64,000 nucleotides of DNA from Thermodesulfobacteriota bacterium (lineage in GTDB: Bacteria > Desulfobacterota > Desulfobacteria > Desulfobacterales > SURF-7), in assembly GCA_049320885.1 (NCBI GenBank), contig JBMORA010000022.1:64001-128000 (forward strand), written 5' to 3'. The translations under genes and the position numbers were made by a program. The notes beneath the pieces were generated by a model. That model saw only the letters and a list, made by a program, of their open reading frames with translations, had not been told where the DNA came from and did not search any database. Positions 51,819 through 60,357 of this stretch are shown here, in pieces. The stretch's first letter is position 1. Each line of letters begins with the position of its first letter.

Positions 51819-53045
51819 TTAAAACTCCAAATCCAAAACAACGGGCCGGCCGGTCCGGGCCGCCTTGCGCGCCAGCTTATAAGCCTCGTTGTACTGCCGG
51901 GCCACCACTTCCCAGCAGACCACATGATCGAGGTAGCGTTTCAGGTTTTCTCCCAGCTCCAGGCGCAGCTCCTCGTCCGTCGCCAGCTTGATCACCTTCC
52001 GGCGCAGCATCTCCTTGGTGGTGAAGAGCAAGCCGCCCTCGCTTTCCAGGGTCTGGGCGGTCAGTCCCTCCATGGGCGCGGTGGTGATGTAGGGCTTGTT
52101 CAGGGCGATGATGCGCGCCAGAGTCCCGGACTGCGTCTCGTCCGTGGAAGGCAGGACGATGAAATCGCAAATGGCCATCATCTTGTAATAGTCGTCGCCG
52201 CGCGGAATGAACTCGTGGTAATGGGCGATCCCCTTGCCGGCCAGCACCTGGACATCCGATTTCCAACCCTCATAGTCCCGCTGGTGGTTGGGGTCGCGCA
52301 TGGCTCCGGCGGCCAGCAAGTCCCACTCCTGTCCCGTACGCGACTTAATCTCGTGATGAATCTCTTCCCACATGGAAAGCAGGATATCCCAGCGCTTGTT
52401 GGACTGAATCCAGCCGATCATGCCCACCACGTGGTCGGCCAGGCGGGTTTGATCCAGGCCGAATTCTCTTCTCAACCCAGGTATCTCGTGCACGCCCCAG
52501 CGCTTGTCGGAGCGCGCCCCGTGGGGCACGACCATGATGTTGCGCGGCGTGGGCCACCCCCGGCCCTGGAAGGTCCAATCCAGCCGCCATTTCTGATAGT
52601 GGCATTTGAACAGCACCACGTGGCTTCGCTGGGTCAGTTTGTAAATGAAATCCGCCTCGAAATCCCGAAGCCGCCCGTGAATGGTGTGGGGTTCGACCAC
52701 GATGGGAAAGTCGCCGATGGCCTCCAGCAAATCGAGAAAGCCGTCGTTGCCGTCCCCCACGCCGCGCTGGTCCGTGTATTCATAAAGCCCATACTCGTGC
52801 TCGATGTGAACGGCATAAGGCTTCAATCGCTCGATTTCCTCGGCCACGGGTTTCCACCAATCGGGCCGTCGCATGTCGATGACGGGCAACACCCCGTCTC
52901 CCGCGCCGTCGGTGTGGCTGATGACCCGTACTTGCCGGTCCGGGTTGGCCTTTTGGATGAACTCCCGCGCCTCCTCGCAAAAAGTGCCGATACCGCACAA
53001 CCTGGGCGGATAGGAGCTGATCATGACGATGGGTTTATTGGCCAT
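51819..53045 (-). CDS. GT-B (GT4-like) glycosyltransferase
   Basis: SSYPPRLCGIGTF, EHEYGLY, VPHG and QSGTLA; resembles the N-domain of the upstream gene. Confidence 0.8.
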   Translation of the reverse strand: MANKPIVMISSYPPRLCGIGTFCEEAREFIQKANPDRQVRVISHTDGAGDGVLPVIDMRRPDWWKPVAEEIERLKPYAVHIEHEYGLYEYTDQRGVGDGNDGFLDLLEAIGDFPIVVEPHTIHGRLRDFEADFIYKLTQRSHVVLFKCHYQKWRLDWTFQGRGWPTPRNIMVVPHGARSDKRWGVHEIPGLRREFGLDQTRLADHVVGMIGWIQSNKRWDILLSMWEEIHHEIKSRTGQEWDLLAAGAMRDPNHQRDYEGWKSDVQVLAGKGIAHYHEFIPRGDDYYKMMAICDFIVLPSTDETQSGTLARIIALNKPYITTAPMEGLTAQTLESEGGLLFTTKEMLRRKVIKLATDEELRLELGENLKRYLDHVVCWEVVARQYNEAYKLARKAARTGRPVVLDLEF

Positions 53046-55368
53046 GGACCGTCACCTCCCGCCGGGTTTCAAGATTTGTTTCGGACGTGGCCTCCACCGC
53101 GATCTGACGGCCGCGCATTTGATTCAGGACGAGCAGCGACAGAAAAAAGACCAGCGTCGATTCCGCGCCCTGGTTGCGGTTGGGGCCGTCGGCCTGCAGG
53201 CCGTCGCAACATCCGCCGGACTTGTGGTCATACAGGGGCGCGTTCAAATCGTTGCGCCCCAGGAACCACTCCAGGCAGCGCTGGGCGTGGGAAAGCCACT
53301 TTTCATCATTGGTCGCCTCGTAGGCTTCCCGGCAGGCCTCGATCATGTTCAGCGCCTCGATGGGCTGTTGATCGAAGCGCGCCTTTTCGCCGCCCCGGGG
53401 GTACCAGCCGTTGTTGCCCACCGGCACGAAATGCCCCCTGGGGTCGGTTTGAATGTCCATGAGCCATTCCAGGCCGCGCAGCCCGGCATTGAGCATGTCA
53501 TCCTTGTTCTGCCGGCTGCCGGCCAGGATCAGGGCCTGGGGTATTTTGCCGTTGGCATAGGTCACCGTGTCCTCGATCCAGGGCCAGTCGTCGGATGCAT
53601 GGTCGTGGAACAGGCGCAACAGCTTGTTTGCCAGTTTCTCGCGGATGCGCCGCACCTCGCTGTCGCCGCCGAATTTGCTCAAATAGGCATGGATGCCCAC
53701 CAGGGCAAAGGCCCAGGCCCTCGGCGAGTCGAAATCCGTCAAGGCGGGCAACGCCTTTTCAAATACCGCCTGGGCCGCCGCGCGGATATCCTCCGATTCG
53801 GCCAAAGCCACGGCCTGGCCCAGACCCCACACCGCGCGCCCGTGGCTGTCCTCGGAGCCGACCTCTTCCAGCCACCGGCGGTCATATCCCATAAAATTGC
53901 GAAAACGGCCGTTTTCCTCGTTGAACGCGTGGTGCAGAAAACCGATATAGGTGCAGGCCAGGTTGGTGACGGCTTCGCCGTCGGCCAGCATCTCCCGGGC
54001 CAGCAGCACGGCGATGAGCGCCCGTGCGTTGTCGTCGGTGCAATAGCCGTGGAAACGGTCCGGCACGATGAACTTGGCGTGCTGCAAGATTCCCACATCG
54101 TCCGTGAGGCGGATGATGTGATCCAGCTTCGGTTGGGGGATTTCACGCGGAACGGACCCCATGGTCCTGGCCCGGAAAACCGGCCTGGGCGCGCTTTCCC
54201 GTTCCCGTTTAACCTGGCTGAAGACGTCGAGATATTGCCGCGCCACCTCCTTCCAGACCATGTCGCGGCAAAAGGTGTAGGCCCGCTTGCGCATGGCGTG
54301 CCGCTCCACCTCCTGGGCAAACAGATCATTGACCTGGTCGGCCAGGGCCGCGGGGTCGCAAAAGGGCACGATCCGGCCGCGACCGTCGGCCAGCATCTCC
54401 TCGGCATACCAGTACGGGGTGGAAACGGTGGCCTTGCCGCTGCCCAGGGCATAGGCCAGGGTTCCCGAAACAATCTGCTCCTGGTTCAGATAGGGCGTGA
54501 CATAGATGTCCGCCGCACCGAGAAACTCGCACAATTCCTTCAAATCGACGAAGCGATTGTGAAAAATCACGTGGTCTCCGACACCCAGCTCCCGGGCGCG
54601 GCGCTGAAGCGAGAGGCGGTAGGATTCTCCCTGATCTTTTTTCACATGGGGATGGGTCGCTCCCAGGACGATGTAAACGGCCTGCGGGTGCTCCCTGACC
54701 ACCGCCGGCAGGGCGTCGATCATCGTCTCGACGCCCTTGCCGGGCGAGAGCAGCCCGAAGGTCAATATCACCTTGCGCCCCTCGACGCCGTATTGGTCCT
54801 TGTAAAAATTGGGATCGACAAACGGAACGTCGGGGATGCCGTGGTGAATCCGGGCGATTTTTTCAGCCGGAACACCGTAAACGGTTTGGAGAAGTTGCTC
54901 CGCCTTATGGCTCATCACCACAAGGCGGTCCGAGAGCTGGGCGATGCGTTTGGTGACGGCCATCTGGCCTTGTGTCGGCCTTTGAATCACCGTGTGCAGG
55001 GTGGTCACCAGGGGCATGCGCAAGCCGCCGAGCAGGTCCAGGACATGGACGCCGTTATCACCGCCGTAAATCCCGAATTCGTGCTGGAGGCAAACCACCT
55101 CCACCCGGTTCATGTTCAGAAAGTCCGCCGCCAACCGGTACTCGGCCAGAACCCGCTGGTTGACCTCGAAACGCACCTGGCCCGGATATCGATACCCCTC
55201 GGGGATATCGTTCATCACCACAGCGAAATGATCCGCGCCGGGGTTTTCCTCGGAAAGGGCCGCCAACAGATCGCTGGTGAAGGTGGCGATGCCGCACTGG
55301 CGCGGCAGGAAATTGCCGATCAACGCGATTTTTCTTGGGCGGGATGGATGATTGCCGGATTCAAGCAT
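53035..55368 (-). CDS. GT4 glycosyltransferase fused to a six-hairpin glycosidase-like domain
   Basis: PRQCGIATF, QHEFGIYGG, FGLLSPGKG and SGTLAYA; C-terminal GYCTDDNARAL, FDQQPIE and NQGAEST. Confidence 0.88.
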   Translation of the reverse strand: MLESGNHPSRPRKIALIGNFLPRQCGIATFTSDLLAALSEENPGADHFAVVMNDIPEGYRYPGQVRFEVNQRVLAEYRLAADFLNMNRVEVVCLQHEFGIYGGDNGVHVLDLLGGLRMPLVTTLHTVIQRPTQGQMAVTKRIAQLSDRLVVMSHKAEQLLQTVYGVPAEKIARIHHGIPDVPFVDPNFYKDQYGVEGRKVILTFGLLSPGKGVETMIDALPAVVREHPQAVYIVLGATHPHVKKDQGESYRLSLQRRARELGVGDHVIFHNRFVDLKELCEFLGAADIYVTPYLNQEQIVSGTLAYALGSGKATVSTPYWYAEEMLADGRGRIVPFCDPAALADQVNDLFAQEVERHAMRKRAYTFCRDMVWKEVARQYLDVFSQVKRERESAPRPVFRARTMGSVPREIPQPKLDHIIRLTDDVGILQHAKFIVPDRFHGYCTDDNARALIAVLLAREMLADGEAVTNLACTYIGFLHHAFNEENGRFRNFMGYDRRWLEEVGSEDSHGRAVWGLGQAVALAESEDIRAAAQAVFEKALPALTDFDSPRAWAFALVGIHAYLSKFGGDSEVRRIREKLANKLLRLFHDHASDDWPWIEDTVTYANGKIPQALILAGSRQNKDDMLNAGLRGLEWLMDIQTDPRGHFVPVGNNGWYPRGGEKARFDQQPIEALNMIEACREAYEATNDEKWLSHAQRCLEWFLGRNDLNAPLYDHKSGGCCDGLQADGPNRNQGAESTLVFFLSLLVLNQMRGRQIAVEATSETNLETRREVTVHGQ

Positions 55369-55369
55369 G

Positions 55370-56854
55370 TCAATTCTCCTGTGCCTTGCTCCGGGATGTG
55401 GGACGCATCAACTTCGCGTCGTACCAATCCGGGCCATAGGGATGCGCCGGGCCAGGCGTCGATGGCAAATCGGACTTATCGGCCTCTTTTTCCAGCGGGC
55501 CGTCAGGGGTGTCGCCGGCCAATACCTCTATGGAGTCCCCGTCCCGGAGGAGGTGATTCAGGGCCGCGGTTCGGCCGTTCACTTTCACCGCCGCGCCCTG
55601 GGGCGCCTCGATGTTGGTAATGGTCAGGTAATCGCGAACCGTGGCCTTTTCCGCCAGGCGCACGATCCGGCCGCCGTTGCCGAAGACCACCAGATGATCC
55701 TGGAACACCTGCCGGTGCAGCAGCTCGACAAACGCCTCGCTGTTCGGCGCTTCGGCGTGCTGGTGCCTGAGCCCCCGCATCCATTGGACCTGTCGGCGGT
55801 CATGGTCCGAAGCCTTGGACGCGCTCTTGTACCGCCAGTGGGCCGCCGTGCCGTGTTCGGCCTCCATGTGCATCAGCTCGGTGCGCACCTGGAACTCGAT
55901 GGGTTTGTGGGAGATTTCCCGGACCGGATAGACGCACGTGTGCAGGGATTGGTAGCCGTTGTCCTTGGGCAGCCCGATGTAATCGTCGAAGGTGCCGGGG
56001 ATCGGTTTGAAATGGGCGTGCAGCAAGCCCAGAACCGTGTAGCACTCGGGCACGGACGCCACGATCACCCGCAAGCCCACGCGGTCCATGATCTCTTGAA
56101 GGGACCTGCCGGTTCGCGTCATCTTGCGGTGAATGCCGTGCAGACTCTTGGTTCTACCCTGAACCCGGCCGGCAATGCCGTTATTGTCCAGCAGGCGTTG
56201 TACCCCGTCCAAGAGGATTTTCAGGCATTTGTCGTCCTCGGCCTGGATCGGAGCGACGCGTTCCTTGAGGTATGCGTATTGCGCCGGGTCAAGGATGCGA
56301 AGACAGGCGTCCTCCAGCCTGCGCCGCAAGTCGCCCAAACTGAGACGGTTGGCGATGGGCACCAACAGGTCGAGGGTCTCTTGGGCCATGCTTCGGGCCG
56401 CGCCTGAACAGGGCGGCGTGGCGCATTCCAGGGCCAACAGTCGAAAGGAGATAAATAACAACACCTTGCGGGGGGTCCCGCCCATGGCGTCCAATATCTC
56501 CTGTATGTCTTTATGCCGGTAAGGCCGGCCGCCGTCATGGGAGGTGAAAGGGGGATGCAGGTTTTCGAGGGTGGCGGCCACGGCCGGCCCGAAGCGGTCC
56601 CGAATCTCATCCGGCGAGGCGAGATCTTGCCACAAAAGAGGGGCTAAAAAGGAAGCGGCGATGGAGACCGCGTCCGCTTCCTGTTCGAAAAGCAGGTCGG
56701 CCGCATGGTAACCCGCTGAATTGTCGGCGCATTTATTTTCAATAAAAAAGGCGTGCGCCCGGCCCACCAGGTCCGCTTCCGCCGCCGTGAACGTTTGATT
56801 TATCTTTTCAATAAATAGGCTGTCATCAGCCAATCCCAGAGTATCTCGACTCAT
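55370..56854 (-). CDS. RelA/SpoT homologue: pseudo-hydrolase, synthetase and degenerate TGS; C-terminal regulatory domains absent
   Basis: GRTKS, DRVGLRV, DDYI..PK.NGYQSLH, EFQVRT..MH..AE.G.AAHWRYK and KVNG; no HD motif; only 494 aa. Confidence 0.9.
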   Translation of the reverse strand: MSRDTLGLADDSLFIEKINQTFTAAEADLVGRAHAFFIENKCADNSAGYHAADLLFEQEADAVSIAASFLAPLLWQDLASPDEIRDRFGPAVAATLENLHPPFTSHDGGRPYRHKDIQEILDAMGGTPRKVLLFISFRLLALECATPPCSGAARSMAQETLDLLVPIANRLSLGDLRRRLEDACLRILDPAQYAYLKERVAPIQAEDDKCLKILLDGVQRLLDNNGIAGRVQGRTKSLHGIHRKMTRTGRSLQEIMDRVGLRVIVASVPECYTVLGLLHAHFKPIPGTFDDYIGLPKDNGYQSLHTCVYPVREISHKPIEFQVRTELMHMEAEHGTAAHWRYKSASKASDHDRRQVQWMRGLRHQHAEAPNSEAFVELLHRQVFQDHLVVFGNGGRIVRLAEKATVRDYLTITNIEAPQGAAVKVNGRTAALNHLLRDGDSIEVLAGDTPDGPLEKEADKSDLPSTPGPAHPYGPDWYDAKLMRPTSRSKAQEN

Positions 56855-56923
56855 TTCCCGAAATGTCCAGAATCAACAATATGTCAACGTATCTATTGGG
56901 GTTTTGGGCTTATAAAGCCTCCT

Positions 56924-57148
56924 TTACAGGTCGTCGGGCAACAGCAGCCGTCCCAGTTCGATCATATTGTCGCAATACGTCTCGATCAGCCTCAATGCCA
57001 TCTTGGATGGCAAAAAACGCCCGTTTTCCCACCGGTTGACGGTGGCGTAACTCACCCCGATCTCCCTTGCAAAATCCTCCTGGCTAAGGTCGAGCTGAAC
57101 CCGGACCTCCTTGATAAGAATCACGAAATCGTACCGTTTGATCCACAA
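56924..57148 (-). CDS. XRE family HTH transcriptional regulator
   Basis: LSQEDFAREIGVSYATVNRWENG; GGGAGG RBS. Confidence 0.9.
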   Translation of the reverse strand: MWIKRYDFVILIKEVRVQLDLSQEDFAREIGVSYATVNRWENGRFLPSKMALRLIETYCDNMIELGRLLLPDDL

Positions 57149-57201
57149 GGCCGATCCTCCCGTTCCCTGGTCGCCCTGTCGCCAGGAAATAATCCAATCA
57201 A

Positions 57202-57229
57202 ACTATAACACATGATACGATAGGTGCAA
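57202..57229 (-). promoter_or_regulatory. Putative sigma-70 promoter for the XRE gene
   Basis: Minus-strand TTGCAC-N16-TATAGT with an extended TG. Confidence 0.5.
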
Positions 57230-57363
57230 GACCAAGTCCAAACATTTTTTGAAAAAATCAGACTTGAGCCCGGCTGACCTCAAGCGGTTAACCTTGTGGC
57301 AATTTAGTTTTAGATATCGAGTGCTTACAAGATTATTGGTGTGCTTGGTTCAGGCTGGAAGGC

Positions 57364-60357
57364 TTAAATTTGATAGGTGACCCCGAAGACAGTGTCCGAG
57401 AGCCACTTCTTGAAGCCCGGATTGTCGCAGAATTGTTTGAACAATTCGGTGTGGTCGGAAAGCAGGTCCATCATGACCCGCTGCAAGGCCTTGTCGTGTT
57501 CAATGCGGGCGTTCTGCTTGTCCGAATTGCGCATGGCGTTCTGATAGGCCTTGTCGGCGGCCACCTTCACAGGGATTTCCTCGCTGATGACCTTGCCGAT
57601 TTTGTCGGCGTCTTTCCACTCGATATTGCCGAACTGTTCATTGAACGTCTTGATGATGTTGCTCAGGCGATCCAGCTCCGCTTCGGGTTTACGGCCGCCG
57701 CCGCTGGTGGGAACCGGCCCGATTTCCGCATCTTCGTCGGCCAACTGCAACGCCATCTTGGCTTTGACTTCCACCCGATAGCTGTCCATATCGATGGTTT
57801 CCAGGATGCCCTTGGACAGATCTTCCTCCTTGGGCGCGGGCAGCTTGGGAATCAGGAAGTTCAGAAAGATGGACAGCTTTTCCCATTCAGCGCTGGTATA
57901 TGGCAGAATGGCCGCCAGGAAATTGTAGGTACGGACAAACGCCTTGGCCTTACCCTTGAAATCCACCTGGCCGTCCTCATCAAGGTCGGCCAGGTAGTTT
58001 GCCACAGCCCCGTCCAGGATCGGGTCCAGGGTATCTCGATCCGCACCGTTAATGTATCGTTCCACCAACTGTTCCACATCACCGCCGGTATACACCTGGT
58101 AGCCGTCCAGATCCGCTTTCAGGTCGTGCAGCTTGTCGGGGTCGGTTTCCTCGCTCAGGATCGTGGTTCGGTAATACTGGTCGAAAGCCGCCTGAATGGT
58201 GTCGGCGTCATTCATGAAATCGAGCACGAAGGTGTCGTGCTTGCCTGGGTGGGCGCGGTTGAGCCGGGAAAGCGTCTGCACCGCCTTGATGCCCGCCAGG
58301 TGCTTGTCGACATACATGGTGTGCAACAGCGGTTCATCGAAACCGGTCTGAAACTTTTCGGCGGCAATCAGAAAACGGTAAGGGTCCTTGCGGAATTGTT
58401 CGGGGATTTTGGCGCTGGGAAAGTCGTTCAGCGATGCCTCGCTCACCTTGCGGCCGCCGAATTCATGCTCGCCCGAAAACGCCACGATGGCCCGGTAAGG
58501 GCTTTTGCGCTCTTTCAGATAGGCCTCGAAGGCGCTGAAATACTGAACCGCCCGCTCGATGCCGCCGGTCACCACCATGGCGCGGGCCTGCCCGCGAACC
58601 TTATTGTGGCCGATGACCTGCTCGTGGAAATGGTCCACCATGATCTCGGCCTTTTGCCGGATGGCGTGATCGTGGGATTCCACGTAACGCCGGAGCTTCT
58701 TTCGCGCTCTTTTGGTGTCGAATTCCGGATCATCGGGCACCGTTTTCATCAGCCGGTAATAGCTGTCCACCGGGGTGTAATGTTTGATCACGTCGAGAAT
58801 GAAGCCCTCTTCGATGGCCTGTTTCATGGTGTAGCTGTGAAAAGGCCGGTGCTTCACCTTGTCCCCTTCGGGCCAGGGATCTCCGAACAGCTCAAGGGTC
58901 TTGTTTTTGGGCGTGGCGGTAAATGCAAAATAACTGGCATTTCCCAGCATCTTGCGGGATTCCATCAACCGGTTGATTTTGTCTTCGGTGGTGTCCTCTT
59001 CATCCGGCCCGCCTTGTTCGGCCAAAGCCACGTTCATCTGGGCGGCGGTCCGTCCCCCCTGGCTGGAATGGGCTTCATCGATGATGATGGCGAATTTGCG
59101 GCCCCGGTGCTCGTCCCCGATCTCATCCAAAATAAAGGGGAACTTTTGAACCGTAGAGATGATGACTTTCTTGCCGGACTGCAGGAACTTTCGCAGATCC
59201 CCGGCTCGCTGGGCCGCGCCGATCACCGCCGACACCTGGGCAAAGCGCTTGATGTTGTCCCGGATCTGTTTGTCCAGGACCCGCCGGTCGGTCACCACCA
59301 CAATCGAATCGAATACCGGATGGCCGTCCCGCTTTAATTCCACCAGCTGATGGGCCAGCCAGGTAATGGAATTGCTCTTGCCCGAACCGGCCGAATGCTG
59401 GATGAGGTAGCGTTTGCCCGCGCCGCTGGATGCGCCGTCGGCCAAAAGACGGCGGACCACATCAAGCTGGTGGAACCGGGGAAAAATCTGCTTTCGGCGC
59501 TTGCGACCCCGCTCGTCGGTCTCCTCCACGATGCCCGCATAGTTTTCGATGATAACCGTCAGTACCGGTTTGCTCAGAACCTCTTTCCAGAGATACTCGG
59601 TCTCCAGGCCGTCCGGGTTGGGTGGATTGCCGGCCCCATCGTTGAACCCCTTGTTGAACGGCAGGAACCAGCTGCCCTTGCCCTTGAGATGGGTGCACAT
59701 GCGCACCTCGTGATCATCCACGGCAAAATGCACGGCGCAGCGGCCGAATTGAAACAACAGCTCCTTGGGGTCCCGGTCGTGCTTGTACTGGTTGACGGCG
59801 TCTTCAACCGTCTGCTTGGTCAGCCGGTTCTTGAGTTCAAAGGTGGCCAGCGGCAATCCGTTGATGAACACAGCCAGGTCAAGGGCCAGTTGGGTGGCAT
59901 CCTTGCTGTAGTGCAACTGGCGGGTGACGCTGAACATGTTGGCGGCGAATCGTTCGGCAGCTTTCCGGTTGCCGGGCGTCGGGGTGCCGTAAAACAGATC
60001 CACGGACGCCGGACCGTGGCGAACGCCCTTGCGCAGGACATCGATGATCCCCCGTTTGGCCACTTCCCCTTGAAGCCGGTGAAGAAATTGCTGGCGTTTG
60101 ACGCCCTCCTGACCAATTTGAAGCGTCTCGACGACCTTGGGCTGTGTCTTTTCCAAAAAGGCCATCAGCTTAACCGGGTCCACGGCATGGTCGGAATCAT
60201 AATCCGCCGCGGCCCCTTCCATATAACCGGCTCCGCCGTATCCGGCCTCGGGGTCCCGCACCTGGCTGGGTTCGCTTTCCTCCGGATGGTTTTTTCCGGT
60301 AAGCGATTCGATGATCAGGGTTTCCAGCCCTTTTTCACTTGTGTCGGTCGTCGGCAT
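57364..60357 (-). CDS. hsdR: Type I restriction endonuclease subunit R
   Basis: D..INGLP..ELK nuclease motif, HSAGSGKS, DEAH, FTATP and FQTGFDEP; ATG overlaps the hsdS stop (TGATG). Confidence 0.96.
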   Translation of the reverse strand: MPTTDTSEKGLETLIIESLTGKNHPEESEPSQVRDPEAGYGGAGYMEGAAADYDSDHAVDPVKLMAFLEKTQPKVVETLQIGQEGVKRQQFLHRLQGEVAKRGIIDVLRKGVRHGPASVDLFYGTPTPGNRKAAERFAANMFSVTRQLHYSKDATQLALDLAVFINGLPLATFELKNRLTKQTVEDAVNQYKHDRDPKELLFQFGRCAVHFAVDDHEVRMCTHLKGKGSWFLPFNKGFNDGAGNPPNPDGLETEYLWKEVLSKPVLTVIIENYAGIVEETDERGRKRRKQIFPRFHQLDVVRRLLADGASSGAGKRYLIQHSAGSGKSNSITWLAHQLVELKRDGHPVFDSIVVVTDRRVLDKQIRDNIKRFAQVSAVIGAAQRAGDLRKFLQSGKKVIISTVQKFPFILDEIGDEHRGRKFAIIIDEAHSSQGGRTAAQMNVALAEQGGPDEEDTTEDKINRLMESRKMLGNASYFAFTATPKNKTLELFGDPWPEGDKVKHRPFHSYTMKQAIEEGFILDVIKHYTPVDSYYRLMKTVPDDPEFDTKRARKKLRRYVESHDHAIRQKAEIMVDHFHEQVIGHNKVRGQARAMVVTGGIERAVQYFSAFEAYLKERKSPYRAIVAFSGEHEFGGRKVSEASLNDFPSAKIPEQFRKDPYRFLIAAEKFQTGFDEPLLHTMYVDKHLAGIKAVQTLSRLNRAHPGKHDTFVLDFMNDADTIQAAFDQYYRTTILSEETDPDKLHDLKADLDGYQVYTGGDVEQLVERYINGADRDTLDPILDGAVANYLADLDEDGQVDFKGKAKAFVRTYNFLAAILPYTSAEWEKLSIFLNFLIPKLPAPKEEDLSKGILETIDMDSYRVEVKAKMALQLADEDAEIGPVPTSGGGRKPEAELDRLSNIIKTFNEQFGNIEWKDADKIGKVISEEIPVKVAADKAYQNAMRNSDKQNARIEHDKALQRVMMDLLSDHTELFKQFCDNPGFKKWLSDTVFGVTYQI

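Noticed and set aside
53023..55620. 865-aa plus-strand ORF and other long antisense ORFs (43185-44597, 57370-59337, 8241-9884, 51924-53462)
   Set aside because: Shadows of GC-rich genes on the opposite strand; no recognisable motifs.
56890..56923. RpoH promoter upstream of the RSH gene (minus-strand CCCCAATA)
   Set aside because: No CTTGAA-like -35 at a suitable distance.
57297..57328. CIRCE-like half site GAGTGCTTA upstream of the XRE gene
   Set aside because: The left arm is poor and the spacing is not 9 nt.
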